A stretch of 63,992 nucleotides of DNA, filler included, from Pirum gemmata (GCA_002812295.1; 13 parts of 13 records of this genome joined end to end with filler, not necessarily neighbours in it); one strand, 5' to 3'; numbered from the whole stretch's first letter, positions 51,931 to 63,992 are shown. A program made the numbers and translations. Notes: generated by a model from the sequence alone, not told the origin.

Positions 51931-54900
51931 TTTAAAAACCACACTTATGCACATTATCCCATTAAATAAAATCAAGTTTGTGTCAAAAGTATAAAAAGGA
52001 TATTAAAAAATATAGATGATGAAAAAATAAAAAATAAACACCTCATTCAGAGTTCGCTCTTCAGATAGACACCAAATTCACACCACAAAAATCTAATTTT
52101 TCAGAGAAAAAAGAGAAAACCACATGGGGGTGGGGGTGGGGAAAATGGAAAACATATATCGGGCAATATATTGATGAAATTGGCAATATTTTGATGGAAA
52201 TTGGCAATATTTTGATGGAAATTGGCAATATTTGATGAAATTGTTCAACAATGATAAAAAGATGAAATACAATGAAAACGAAAACTACAAATCAGATTAC
52301 TTAAATATTGATTACAAAGCTTGATACTTATGATAAACGGATCAAAATAAACTAATGATAAAAGTAAATAAATAATGGAAACGGTGACAAGTATGATTAA
52401 AAAAATAAAAATACGAAACCGCCCTGGCGCAAAACAGCCACTGAACACACACACTGATTATAAAATACCAAGCACTTTTCCTCCGTAACTTCCTAAAGTT
52501 AAACAAGGACCTAGCAAAGCCACTAAAAAATTTACAAAAGAAAAAAACGGGGCACACAAGGCAAGAACATATGGAGGAATAAAATATAGACCAACTTATC
52601 TACGCAACAATACTCTAAGTAGTGCAATAAAAACAAGTTGTAGACTGATGTACTAATAATAACTAAGTAGTGCAATAAAAAACAAGTTGTAGACTGATGG
52701 TACTAATAATAACAAAGTAGTGCAATAAAAAAAGTTGTAATTGATGTACTAATAATATTAATAAATGATACTTAAAAACATTTACCGATTACACTGTGAC
52801 TAATCCAACACATTTCATCCAAAAAGCATACGGTCACCAAAGAAATCTTTTGATAAAAACTACATAAAATACAGAACAAAGATACACAATACATACAAGT
52901 ATCAAATCTTACATAACTACTACAATAAATAGAAGAATGCTATCCTAAACCACGCTAAGAATATGAGACATAAAATAATAAAAAAGTAACAAAACAAAAC
53001 GGGGATAATATTACAACAGTAAAACCTCTATTCCTTATACATTAATTTTAAAGCTTTCATTCTCGTTGTGCTTTGGCTTTCAGTTTTTTGGCATTTTCAC
53101 AGTTTCATGCTGCAGATAATTTTTATAAAAAATATACATGCAAAACAAAACAAAACACCAAAAAAACACAATAACGAAAAGAATGGCAAAAAACGAAACA
53201 CTAAAAATGATCATAAATCCACAACTATAAACCTTAACGATTTCTGTTTTTTTTTTTTTTTTCGACTAAAAGAAGGGACCGTGACTTTGCAAATTGGACT
53301 ACACGCTAACACTATTATTTAAAAAAAAATACGTACACATACAACATATATGGGAAAACATAATAACCCAGAAAATTGGGTGGTTTGTGTAAAACAACTG
53401 AAAATACTGACTAAAAATACTGAATAATATGAAGAACGTAAAATAAAAAACTGTTGAACACAAAAACCTAATAGCCCGAACTTAACTAACGTCACAGACA
53501 AGAACATTGATAAATACGCAAAAAGAACACCGAGGCAAAAGACTACGATATCAAAGCCGAAAGACACTAATGTGGTAAAAGAAAGTACATATATACATAC
53601 ACAAAAGTCGAACTAGATACTCAAAAATATAAAACAAACTAAAACGCGATCTCTAAAACTAAAAAATTTTCTAAAAAAATGTCTTATGACTTGAAAGTTT
53701 TACAATATTAACAATTAGAATAAAACATTGAAACTTATATTAACAAAACAGTATTTAAAATAGAAGTAAACATGAAGACTAAAAAGAAACTGGCGTAATA
53801 TACTCAACTTTGAAAGGAATTATAACCCAAAAAGCACAAGATCAAAACTGCAAATTTTCAACCCCAGAACACAGGAACAAGGAAATAATTTATCAACCAA
53901 TAAGGATAAAAAAAAACAGGAGCAAAACAGATCAACCAAAAAAGTTCAAAAATCAAGCAAAAGAGAAATCAACCAAATAAGGCAAAAAGAGCATAAACCA
54001 TATATAGAATATAAAGAAAGATAACATGAGCAAACATTAAGGGGGAAAATTAAAACACCAAAAATGGCAAGTAGATTTGAAAATAATTTGTAGACTATGA
54101 AAAAAAATCTTTCAGCTGTAATCTAGAAAAAAAAATCCTGCCAATTTATAGACTAAAAAAATCGCGCTAATTTCTAGACCGAAAAAAAAAAACAATTGCA
54201 AAATCCCGCTAACCCTTACACCGCAAAAAATATGAGCATCAACCAAAATATACCAACACACACATTATACATATTATACACCAGACACAAACACAGACAC
54301 ACAGACACACGAGACACATACACACACGAGACACATACACACACGAGACACATACACACACGAGACACATANNNNNNNNNNNNNNNNNNNNNNNNNNNNN
54401 NNNNNNNNNNNNNNNTTAATTAATTAANNNNNNNNNNNNNNNNNNNNNNNNNNNNNNNNNNNNNNNNNNNNAAAATTAAAAAAAAAAAAAAAAAAAAAAA
54501 AAGACGAACTTTACACTATTATTTCAAGGACTTCAAAAAAAAAAAAAGACCTTTTGAAGTCTTTGACTATTTATATAGCTACACCTACACGTATTATATA
54601 TAATTTACTAGACGAAATTTGGAAAATTTGCAAAAAAAATGACCAATTAAAACGTGTTTCTCACTTATTCAGACTGTCTTTTTACACTATTATTTCAAGG
54701 ACTTCAAAAAAAAAAAGACCTGCGTATTATATATATATAATTTACTAGACGAAATTTGGAAAATTTGCAAAAAAAATGTCCAATTAAAACGTGTTTCTCA
54801 CCTATTCAGACTTTTCCTACTTTCTATGATAAACTATAGCTAGTTTTTTAGGTAGCTAGCTCTAGCTAGCTAGGGCTTTTCTAGCTAGAGCTGCTGTGTG

Positions 54901-56011
54901 ACCTATTTATTGAGTGACGGTTGTGTGACCTATCTCTCATGTTTTTTTTAGACTTCTTTTCTAAAAATCTTTAATGCTAACTAGCCAAATTATTTTTAAA
55001 AACTAGCCATTGGTTCATAATAAAATTTCTTAGTTATACTATTTCTCAAATTTTGGTGGTAGTACTTTTGTTTAAATTGGATTATTTTGACATTTTTGGA
55101 TTTTTGAGCTCATATGGTGGATGTCGCCATTTTTATCCGGCTTGACAGTTAAAAAAAAAAAAAAAAACCACACAAATAACACTAAACTCTGCTACACTTC
55201 TGCTACATACTATTATATGATACAATATAATATTATAACAAAGTATCATGATATAACAATTATATATATGATACCTATATATAAAAAGTTCCGAAAGACC
55301 TAAATCTGGTTCCATATGTCATAATGATGTATAATATAGTCTATATTATATCATATAATTTATAATAATTACATACATGATTTACTATATTTATAAGACA
55401 ACATCAAAACAACCGAAAACAAATGAGGCATCAATACGATCAATCTCATATTGATATCACAACAAGAACAATACACAACATCATCAATAACAAAAACAAG
55501 GAAAACAAAATAAAATTTCTCTTTATCATAAACTACATTATAATATAATATATATAAAAAAGACATAATATTATAATTATATAGACACTTTTAGCGGGGC
55601 ACTTGTATTCACACAATTTTACGCTTTTGTTGCTAAAAGTGTCTATATAAGTCTATGAAACTTCTATATTACCGTAATAATATATATTGATATATATATT
55701 ATAATAATTATACAATATTAATAGTAGCAACAACAACAACAAAAAAAACAATGAAATGTAAAATTTAAAATACCAAATAAAACAATGAAATGTAAAATTT
55801 AAAATACCAAATAAAACAAACATTATACTGTTAGTTATTTGTTACAAGTATATATAATCGAGTATGCTTGTATTGATTGTGTTTGTATTAATATTATCTT
55901 ATTTATTTTATTATTTTATTAACTTTTTATTTTTATTCCATATCACTATTTTCAGCTGAGTATCAAGAGTTCAAAAGAAAATTTTCTGGAAAATTTTCTT
56001 TGCACTCCTTG

Positions 56012-58987
56012 CTATTTTTCAAGGTTTAATAATAATTCTAAATCAGCTATTTTAGTATAGTCATTATGAAGGGGTACTAATGCGTATTGTTCATTGTTCA
56101 TATTAGTTTTACCGGTGATATTAATGCCTTCGATCTGATTACTAATATTAAAATTGTTGAAATTTACTCGGTCAAGAGTAAAGCTGTAACAACGATCGTA
56201 AGCGGTACTTGTACCACTTGTACTTACTCTACTACTGTTTCTTTCTGTTAGTTTTTCATTATCAAAAACGTAATTACTACAATTATTTATCCTAAAATTA
56301 TTAGGGTTAACAATGTTTCCATTTTGTCCAACTAATTTATCTATTAAACTTTGCCCAAGTAAAATAAAATCATTATCAATCATATTAATAAAATTGACGT
56401 CAGTACTACTATTCGCATTGATAATAATAGGGGGCATATTGTAATAGTTAAAGTTTTCACATAATTCATTGTTATCGTTACTGACCCTCGTATTACCGGT
56501 GTTATAATAGTTTAACTGTGTTACAGAAGCCATCTCACTTATATCGAGCTCCTCCTCACTACGACTATCATTTGACATGTTATCGAGTCTATTACTCGTT
56601 TTATTAAGATATTGATAATCGCTAAGTATTTCTATTTTATTATTGCCGCCGACTTTTAACACAAATTGCATAGGGGTAAGGCCATCTAATAAATCAAGTT
56701 CTTTTTGCTCAATTCTATTTTTATAATACCTAAACATTAATAAAATATTATATATAATGGAATATTAATAATTACTGTTGTTAGAAGAAAATCATAATAG
56801 TATTGTAATCAAAACAAGAAAACAGAGATGATATTAAATATATAATTATAATAGCAATAGTACAACATTATTAATTAATAAAATAACAATAAAATAACAA
56901 TAAAATAACTATGTAAAAAAAAAAACAAACAAGAGGATTCTATTACCTACGATACCAGAACCCAACAACGAGGCATACTAGTGCCATTAAGCCACCTAAA
57001 CTGGTACCCACACCTATAGCAATAGAAGTGTAGGATTTCGTAAAAATAGGGTCACAGGAGTAAGTATAGTTATTCCACACTTCATTCAAGCTTGTACAGT
57101 AAGCAACAGCTTGGTCATAAATTATAGAGCACTCCAAAGTTGTTTCGTTAAAAGTCTGGTAAGATTCTTTTATACACTCCTTTTCCAAGTTAGAGCAGGT
57201 CATATCTGTGGTATTGAAATAAGCTAAATCACCGAATTCATCTTGACATTGTATTCTTTTATCTATACACACCCCATTTACAGTGTCAAAATAATGATAC
57301 TTTAACTGGGAGCATTGTTTTGTCAAATTAGAACACATATTGTTGAAATCCTTTTGGGAAACATTGTTGGAAATGATTCTAGGTTCATTATAAGCATTAG
57401 TGTTGTTAGTAGCCAAATTAATATAGCGACAGGTTGTAACACCCAAATCCAATTCGTAAATATAATTAAAGTATCTTATGACATCAATTGCACAGCAATT
57501 TTCGAAATCAAAAGTAGTACCCAGCGTTTTGTTGGCTAAAATACTGTTATTTTGCATCATGTCAAAATAATTGAAAATAAAATCTGGTACCGTTAAACTA
57601 GTAATGGGGTTGGCGTTTAGTAAGGCAGTACAAGATTTTTTTAGGGTTGTACAGGTTGTGAACATTTTCTCTAAAGCCCCCGGTATTGAACCCAGAACAT
57701 TAGCACTAAGATCGATGTTATACAAAGAAGAAGGTAAAAAATGAAAAGCATCACGTTCAATCGTTGAAATTCTATTTCTATTAAAAGTGATGCCCTGTAG
57801 TGCGGATAGTGTTCCTTTTAAGCTAAAGTTGCGAATTTCTTGGATACTGTTGGAACTAATGTCTATCCATTGCAAATTTGGGTAAGAGATGTTTTCGGAA
57901 AGGAACAATAATTCTCTTAAGTGGTTGCCGGATAAACTTACGTATATTAAATTATCTAACCCTGTTAATAAAATTAAGTTGGAGAAACAATTAATAATAA
58001 ATAACAAAAAAGCTTGAAGCTTTAAAATATAATTTTAAAAAAATATGCTCATCGGTTTTGGCTTTAGGATCATTGTTTTCAGAAGGAATCAATCATTTAC
58101 AACGAGAAATACACGGAAAATATTATAAGAACATTCAATTGTATACTAATCAAAAATTCAAAATTGAGTGGTATGATTACTAAACTAGGTAATGAAAATT
58201 AATTAACCAAATATAAAAGTAAAATATCATAACCCTAACTCTAACCCTACCCAACTCCTTACCGCTACCCTTACCGCTACCCCTACAGCCACCCAAACCC
58301 TAACCCTAACCCACATTATAATACTAATGTAATATCATCATGAATACCTGTAAAATTATTCAAGACCGTGTGTTTGATATTGTTATAGGATATATCCAAA
58401 GACGTTAAAGTTTGCAGTTCGTTCAGAGCAGAAAAGAAAAAAGCATCAACATTGTTCTCATTGAAATCCATGTTTTGCAATTTCCCCAAACCTTCGAAAG
58501 GCCTTCCTAAATCCACGGCACTAATTGAGTTTGAATCTAAACCAAGATACTCTAAATTATTTAAATGAGTAAAAAAGGAATTGAGATTTTCATCCACTAA
58601 ACTATCAATCTTATTATTAGATAGAGTCAACTGTTTTAAACGACCTAAGGTATTAAATACGTTTTTATTTAAACTTTGTAGCTCTCCACCGGTAAAATCC
58701 ATATACTCCAAATTACTAAAATTTTGAAAAACATCGGGCGAAAAAGAGGTGAAATATGGAAAATCATTCAAGACCAGGTTATTGGTATTGGGGTACTTCC
58801 TGCTACAATCAAGATACGTACAGTTAAGAGTTTTGGTTGTTTCATTAAGAGTTTGAAATGAGCGTATGAGCGTATTGTTCTCGACAGTAAAATATTGTGC
58901 GCACGAACAATATTCTGCATTATAAAAATCCACTACGGATGTTGCCATCACTAAAAGCACAAATAAGGCTACATTAGTCAAGCTCAT
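56012..58987 (-). CDS. Leucine-rich-repeat single-pass transmembrane receptor-like protein, 3 exons, about 790 aa, apparently complete
   Basis: Exons 58987-58348, 57961-56947 and 56729-56012 splice in phase (2373 nt). Signal peptide, about 10 LxxLxLxxNxI repeats, Cys-rich stalk (FNxTxxxC units), TM IAIGVGTSLGGLMALVCLVVGFWY, Asn-rich cytoplasmic tail. Confidence 0.9.
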
Positions 58988-59506
58988 ATTTTGTTTAATT
59001 TTTTTACTATTATTTAACTTATGCGATTGACTGAAGTTAGTGCTGTTATTGTATTAAAAATTATTTAAAATAATTAAAGGTCAAGACTTAGTGCTAATTA
59101 CATTTAAAACTATATTATTGTTTTTGGTTATAATTAATTAAGATTTTTAATTAAGTGTATTTAGTTCTTTTTTCATGTTATTATTATTATTATTNNNNNN
59201 NNNNNNNNNNNNNNNNNNNNNNNNNNNNNNNNNNNNNNTTAATTAATTAANNNNNNNNNNNNNNNNNNNNNNNNNNNNNNNNNNNNNNNNNNNNCTCAAT
59301 ATGGTAACTTTATTGCCTATATTCACTATTTAAAATCAATATTCAGGTAGTTTTTGGTAACTTGGCTACTATATTTAGCAATTTTTTTCAAGGCTTGCCC
59401 TGCCTATCCACTTGCCCAGCCTACCCAGGCTTGCTCTGCCTACCCAGGCTTGCCCAGCCTACCCAGGCTTACCCAGGCTACCCAGCCTCCCCAGGCTTGC
59501 CCAGCC

Positions 59507-59884
59507 TCACCATGCTTTACCAAAGTATACCTTAAGCAAATCGACTACCGTCATGGTCGGATTTTCGGCGGCGTATTTATTGAGTGTATTTTCAAATTGG
59601 GAAGCGGGTTCCACATTTTGGTTTAAAATCCCCATTGCCGTTGATCCGAAATCATTTATATTGGCTAGATGTTGTTGTTGTTGTTGTGCAAAAAAAGTAT
59701 TGGCGTTATCAAATGAATTATTGGCAGCACTTTGTAAATTTTGTGCTTGAGAAAATTGGAAAGGCGGGTACTGTATTGGAGCCACATAATTTTGTGGTGC
59801 ATAATACGGTGGCGGTGCTTGTTGTTGAGATGGAGGCGGGTTCGTATAGTTTGGAACACGTGAATTTTTTGAGCTTCTTCTTCT

Positions 59885-59950
<66 letters not shown>

Positions 59951-60032
59951 GTAATATTGTTCTTGTTGATTATTATCATAATAGTATTGTTTTTGATGTT
60001 GCTGTTGTGCATAAACGTTGTTGAGTGTTCAT
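59507..60032 (-). pseudogene. Gln/Pro/Tyr-rich intronless ORF, frameshifted near its start
   Basis: ATG at 60032, then an open poly-Q frame (YAQQQHQKQYY..RRRSSKNSRVPNY..APIQYPPF..LLKVYFGKAW) in a different frame. Confidence 0.4.
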
Positions 60033-60157
60033 TTATTTAATATTCGCTTGGATTAAAAACTACATTTCTTATCAAAAGTTGTTAATAACGCCGCGAACGC
60101 GTGCAATACATCGCGGGTTGTGATAAGAGCTAGATTTTCTATTCAGATTTTCTTAAT

Positions 60158-61082
60158 TCACATGTTATCAAGTCGTGTGTAACACTCGTTCACAGCCTTC
60201 ACCAATAAAGCCACAAGCCCCATGTAATTCACAGAAAGATTATGACCATTATCGACAACTAAATGTTTCAAATCATCATGTTTTTGTAATTCTTGCGCTA
60301 AAACTCCAAACTGAACATTATCATTTATATCATTGTTCTTCCAATGATATGAATAAGTATTGACATTTTATAAAATCGAACTGGCTCCACCAGGCAACGG
60401 GACTATGTTGGTTTTTAGCGTCGCATCAGACGTGGCGTGGAATTCCGTCGCTGATATGGTTCCGTTAATGGCTTGATTTCCACTAGTGCGGATCACGGTA
60501 TTATCAAGGTTTATAGTGTAGTCATTGTTTATAACAATCCCGTCTCCATTATCATAGGTGGTGTCCTTGTTATGCACTAACCAATCGAATTCGTGGGTTC
60601 CAACAACATTTAACACGTCAGAAGTAGACGTAATGTACGTGACTTGGTCTTGCTCATTGAACACTGCTTTGTTATTGATAACCGACCCAGACTTCAGTAA
60701 CCGCACCCGGTCGGGCGCAGCACAGGTTTTTATCCGGTAGATATCATTGCTTATTTTATCGTCCTGGCTTTTCACAAGCAACATATCATTGTTTTGCAGT
60801 ATGTAGTTGTTGAAAATATCTTATATTTTCAATAACAACATTGGTTGACGTCGCTGTTTGCGTATTTGAAAGAAACTGCACTTCACTAAGTAAAGAGTCT
60901 AAATATTGTTTGGTAACAGCGTCTCCGTCGTCTGTTGGATCGCTCAAGTTTCCTAATATTACCGAGGAATCTGCATTGCCACGGAATCGGACTTTTTGTC
61001 CATCAACTCGTAATCCAAATTTTTCGGTAATATTGTCATTTTCGAAAAATGAAAGTCCATCGGGTGTTAGTTTTGATGCCAT
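60158..61082 (-). pseudogene. Viral-type fibre protein with C-terminal peptidase S74 intramolecular chaperone; one frameshift and one nonsense codon
   Basis: LSDPTDDGDAVTKQYLDS motif; ATS.NV..LQNNDMLLVKSQ..NDIY motif; FHATSDATLKTNI..*..YSYHW..FGVLAQEL..LSVNYMGLVALLVKAVNE. Frameshift near 60815, TAA at 60368-70. Confidence 0.85.
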
Positions 61083-61170
61083 GTTTGTTTTATTATTATA
61101 AATATATAAACTCACAAAAAAAAAATTATTTTTATTTTTTTGTTTTTTATTACACGTTTTAATATAGAAA

Positions 61171-61203
<33 letters not shown>

Positions 61204-61373
61204 TTGTCATTGAAAATTAATATTATTATTATTATTATTGTCAATGAAAATTATTATTATTATTATTATTGTTGTTGTATTATTATTAGAAATGCTTTCT
61301 TATTTGTTTAATAATATGTAACTCATTTTGTATTAAAAGTGACGTAATTATGACGAAAGATATTATACTTATT

Positions 61374-62513
61374 TTATTTATTAGAAACGAAAGATAGAAA
61401 CTTTACTATATCATAATGACCATTTTCTGCTGCCCAATTAATAGTACGTTTAGTACAAACTCCCTCCATATTATTATATAGAAATTTTACTACATCCAAA
61501 TGACCGTTTTCTGCTGCATAACACATAGCACGTTTAGTACGTTTAGTACAAACTTCCTCCATATTATTATATAGAAATTTTACTACATCCAAATGGCCAT
61601 TTGAAGCTGCATAACACATAGCACGTTTAGTAGACCCTTCATTCCTATAATCGTGTAGAAATTTTATTATATCCAAATGGCCATTGGAAGCTGCGAAATA
61701 AATAGCATTCTCAGTACAACCTTCCTCCCTATTATCATGGAGAAATTTTATAATATCCAAATGACCATTTTCTGCTGCTCAATCAATAGCATGTTTAGTA
61801 CACCCTTCCTCCCTATTATTGTGTAGAAATTTTACTATATCCAAATGACCATTTTCTGCTGCTAAATCCATAGCACTATCAGTACACCCTTCCTCCCTAT
61901 TATCATGTAGAAATTTTATAATATCTAAATGACCGTTTTTTGCTGCCGAATTCATAGCATAAATAGTACACCCCTCATCCCTATTATTGTGTAGAAATTT
62001 TACTATATGTAAATGCCCTTGACGCGCTGCAAAATCCATAGCACGTTTAGTACACCCTTCATCCCTATTATCATGTAGAAATTTTATAATATCAAAATGA
62101 CCAGAACAAGCTGCATCATCCATAGCATCAATAGTACACCCTTCCTCCCTATTATTATGTAGAAATTTTATAATATCTAAATGCCCTTGACGCGCTGCAA
62201 AATCCATAGCACGTTTAGTACACCCTTCATCCCTATTATTATGCAGAAACGTTACTATATCCAAACGGTCAAATTCAGCTGCCCAATCCATAGCACGAGT
62301 AGTACAATGGTAATTATTTCTATGAAATATCATTAATAAAACAAATTGATTATGCTTTGCAGCGTAATCCATATTATCAGTTCCAAACGATAGATAACGC
62401 AATACCCACCAGTTATTTGTTCTTACTACTTCATGAATATTTGGGTACATGTAATGAATAATACGTCGTCTTATTAAGTTATCTGATTGTAATACATTAT
62501 CTAAATTAGACAT
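61374..62513 (-). pseudogene. Ankyrin-repeat protein (CTxxAMDxAAxNGHLDIxKFLHxNRxEG, about 11 repeats), intronless, one in-frame TGA
   Basis: The two listed ORFs are in the same frame, separated by TGA at 61779-81 at a position that is W, F, L, Y, D or S in sister repeats. Confidence 0.92.
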
Positions 62514-62590
62514 TTTTGAGATTTTTGTAGTTTGAGATTTTTGTAGTTTGAGATTTTTGTAGTTTGAGATTTTTGTAGTTTGAGATTTTG
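62514..62590. repeat. 17-bp tandem repeat (TTTGAGATTTTTGTAGT) x4-5 directly upstream of the ankyrin ATG
   Basis: Seen directly; abuts the start codon. Confidence 0.9.
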
Positions 62591-62777
62591 TTTGATAATT
62601 TTGTAATTTTTTTTTTTTATTTTTATTATTATTTTACTTTTAAAAATATATATTTTTTACACATATCTATCCCCATGATGGGTGAAATATACCCATTTAT
62701 TAAAAATTGATGGGTGAAATATACCCATTTATTTCTACCCAGGATGTCAGCAACCCATATATATCTATACTTGAATG

Positions 62778-63002
62778 TCAACAGCCAGTAAAACCATCGT
62801 ATACAAGCGGGATTTTATACCTAGGAAACAGAAATGCACAATCCACATAATTTTTAAAACCACAAGATTCTGAATTTTGGTTGTTTAGATAGACTTTACA
62901 AGGACATTCTTCACCACCATTCATTTTTATTTCCAAGTAACTTTTTAATAAATGTTGTTTTAACTCTTCAAAATTACGATATTCTATGTTACAAGGGTCC
63001 AC
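62778..63002 (-). CDS. Small Cys-containing ORF/fragment of unknown function
   Basis: 74-aa non-repetitive frame without an ATG start, same strand as its neighbours. Confidence 0.35.
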   Translation of the reverse strand: MDPCNIEYRNFEELKQHLLKSYLEIKMNGGEECPCKVYLNNQNSESCGFKNYVDCAFLFPRYKIPLVYDGFTGC

Positions 63003-63328
63003 TTTTGTTTGGTTACCAGTATGGGAGGATTAAAGGTTAGGGTTAGGGTTTTTATATCACAAACAGCGGCTAGAGTTGTGGAATCCAATTAACTAGTTTA
63101 TGTGGTTCATATTTTCTAATATATGTTTCTAATAAATCTTGCAACTTTACTTTGTCTTCTATTAACTTTTCATTTGCTTCTTCGCATTCTTTATACAATT
63201 CTTTATATTTATTTCTTCCTTCNTAAAAAAGTGTTTTTATAGTTTTTTATTGTAGTATAAATTAGTCTACAGACTAACGCTTTTCATACAACAACAACGA
63301 CAACAACAACAACAACAACAACAACAAT

Positions 63329-63365
<37 letters not shown>

Positions 63366-63367
63366 GC

Positions 63368-63413
<46 letters not shown>

Positions 63414-63501
63414 GCAACAGCAACAACAACAAGATACTAGAGAACAAATTTTGTTTAATATGATGCTACCAAAAGAAAATTTTTTTAATTACCAGTACAT
63501 G

Positions 63502-63831
63502 CTAGAGTTGTGGAGTCCAATTAACTATTTTATGTGGTTCATATGCATATTTTCTAATATATGTTTCTAATAAATCTTGCAACTTTACTTTGTCTTCTAT
63601 TAACTTTTCATTTGCTTCTTCGCATTCTTTATACAATTCTTTATATTTATTTCTTCCTTCGTAACTATCACTAAACGGATTTTTATTTTGAGGATAATTT
63701 TTCACTCGTATTTTCTCATATTTTTGACGTAATGCTTTCCTAGCTTCATTACGCACGTTTTGGATTTGTTTATATTGCGTTTTATAAATTGGTTTCGGGT
63801 TTTTATTATATCTTTTTTTCAATATTTCCAT
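63502..63831 (-). CDS. 109-aa basic coiled-coil protein, intronless, unknown function; diverged partial copy at 63070-63222
   Basis: ATG after an AAAACAA leader, TAG stop, non-repetitive sequence. Confidence 0.55.
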   Translation of the reverse strand: MEILKKRYNKNPKPIYKTQYKQIQNVRNEARKALRQKYEKIRVKNYPQNKNPFSDSYEGRNKYKELYKECEEANEKLIEDKVKLQDLLETYIRKYAYEPHKIVNWTPQL

Positions 63832-63992
63832 TTGTTTTTCATAATGGGTAACAAGACTTTCTAATTCTTCAATGGAACAATTTTATTATTATTATTTTTT
63901 TGTTTTACTTTTTTATTGGTTTCAATGGTTTGATTTAACAATAACAATAACAATAACAATAACAATAACAATAACAATAACAATAACAATAA

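Noticed and set aside
61779..61781. In-frame TGA at a Trp-like position (and TGA at a Cys position at 48557), suggesting stop-codon reassignment
   Set aside because: TGG encodes Trp in the same gene, and TGA terminates the Bet1-like, GBP-like and S74 frames at the expected ends; ordinary nonsense mutations are simpler.
62703..62710. AAAATTGA mimivirus early-promoter motif in the viral-like scaffold
   Set aside because: On the opposite strand to the genes and expected by chance in such AT-rich DNA.
41093..63992. Apparent 'defence island' of GBP, LRR receptor and viral genes
   Set aside because: They are on different scaffolds joined artificially; no physical linkage can be inferred.

Overview
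This is eukaryotic, very AT-rich, microsatellite-laden genomic DNA with GT-AG introns and TTAGGG repeats. The proteins look opisthokont/holozoan-protist-like, but the organism cannot be named from sequence alone. The window is not one locus. It is 13 unrelated scaffolds of about 4.7-5.8 kb joined by an artificial 100-bp linker (N44-TTAATTAATTAA-N44), so synteny across linkers is meaningless and most of the ORF track is translated simple repeat. Real genes, many recovered by splicing exons by hand: an M16B MPP-beta/Core-1 gene, a Bet1-like SNARE exon, a SET-domain fragment, a tandem-BRCT (PTIP/Rtt107-like) gene, a TMEM144-like transporter, a PPR protein, an intronless GBP-like GTPase with a CaaX box and a 3-exon LRR transmembrane receptor. 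Mobile DNA: an intron-containing Sola1-type transposase whose terminus matches a MITE elsewhere in the window, at least six other MITE families, and an LTR/gag remnant abutting telomeric repeats. Highlights: (i) the last scaffold looks like a decayed endogenous large-DNA-virus segment (fibre protein with an S74 autoproteolytic chaperone, plus an ankyrin array); (ii) interstitial telomeric tracts are very dense, and one demonstrably replaces the interior of a MITE with microhomology; (iii) non-genic DNA shows an insertion/palindrome-biased 'CTAG stutter'.
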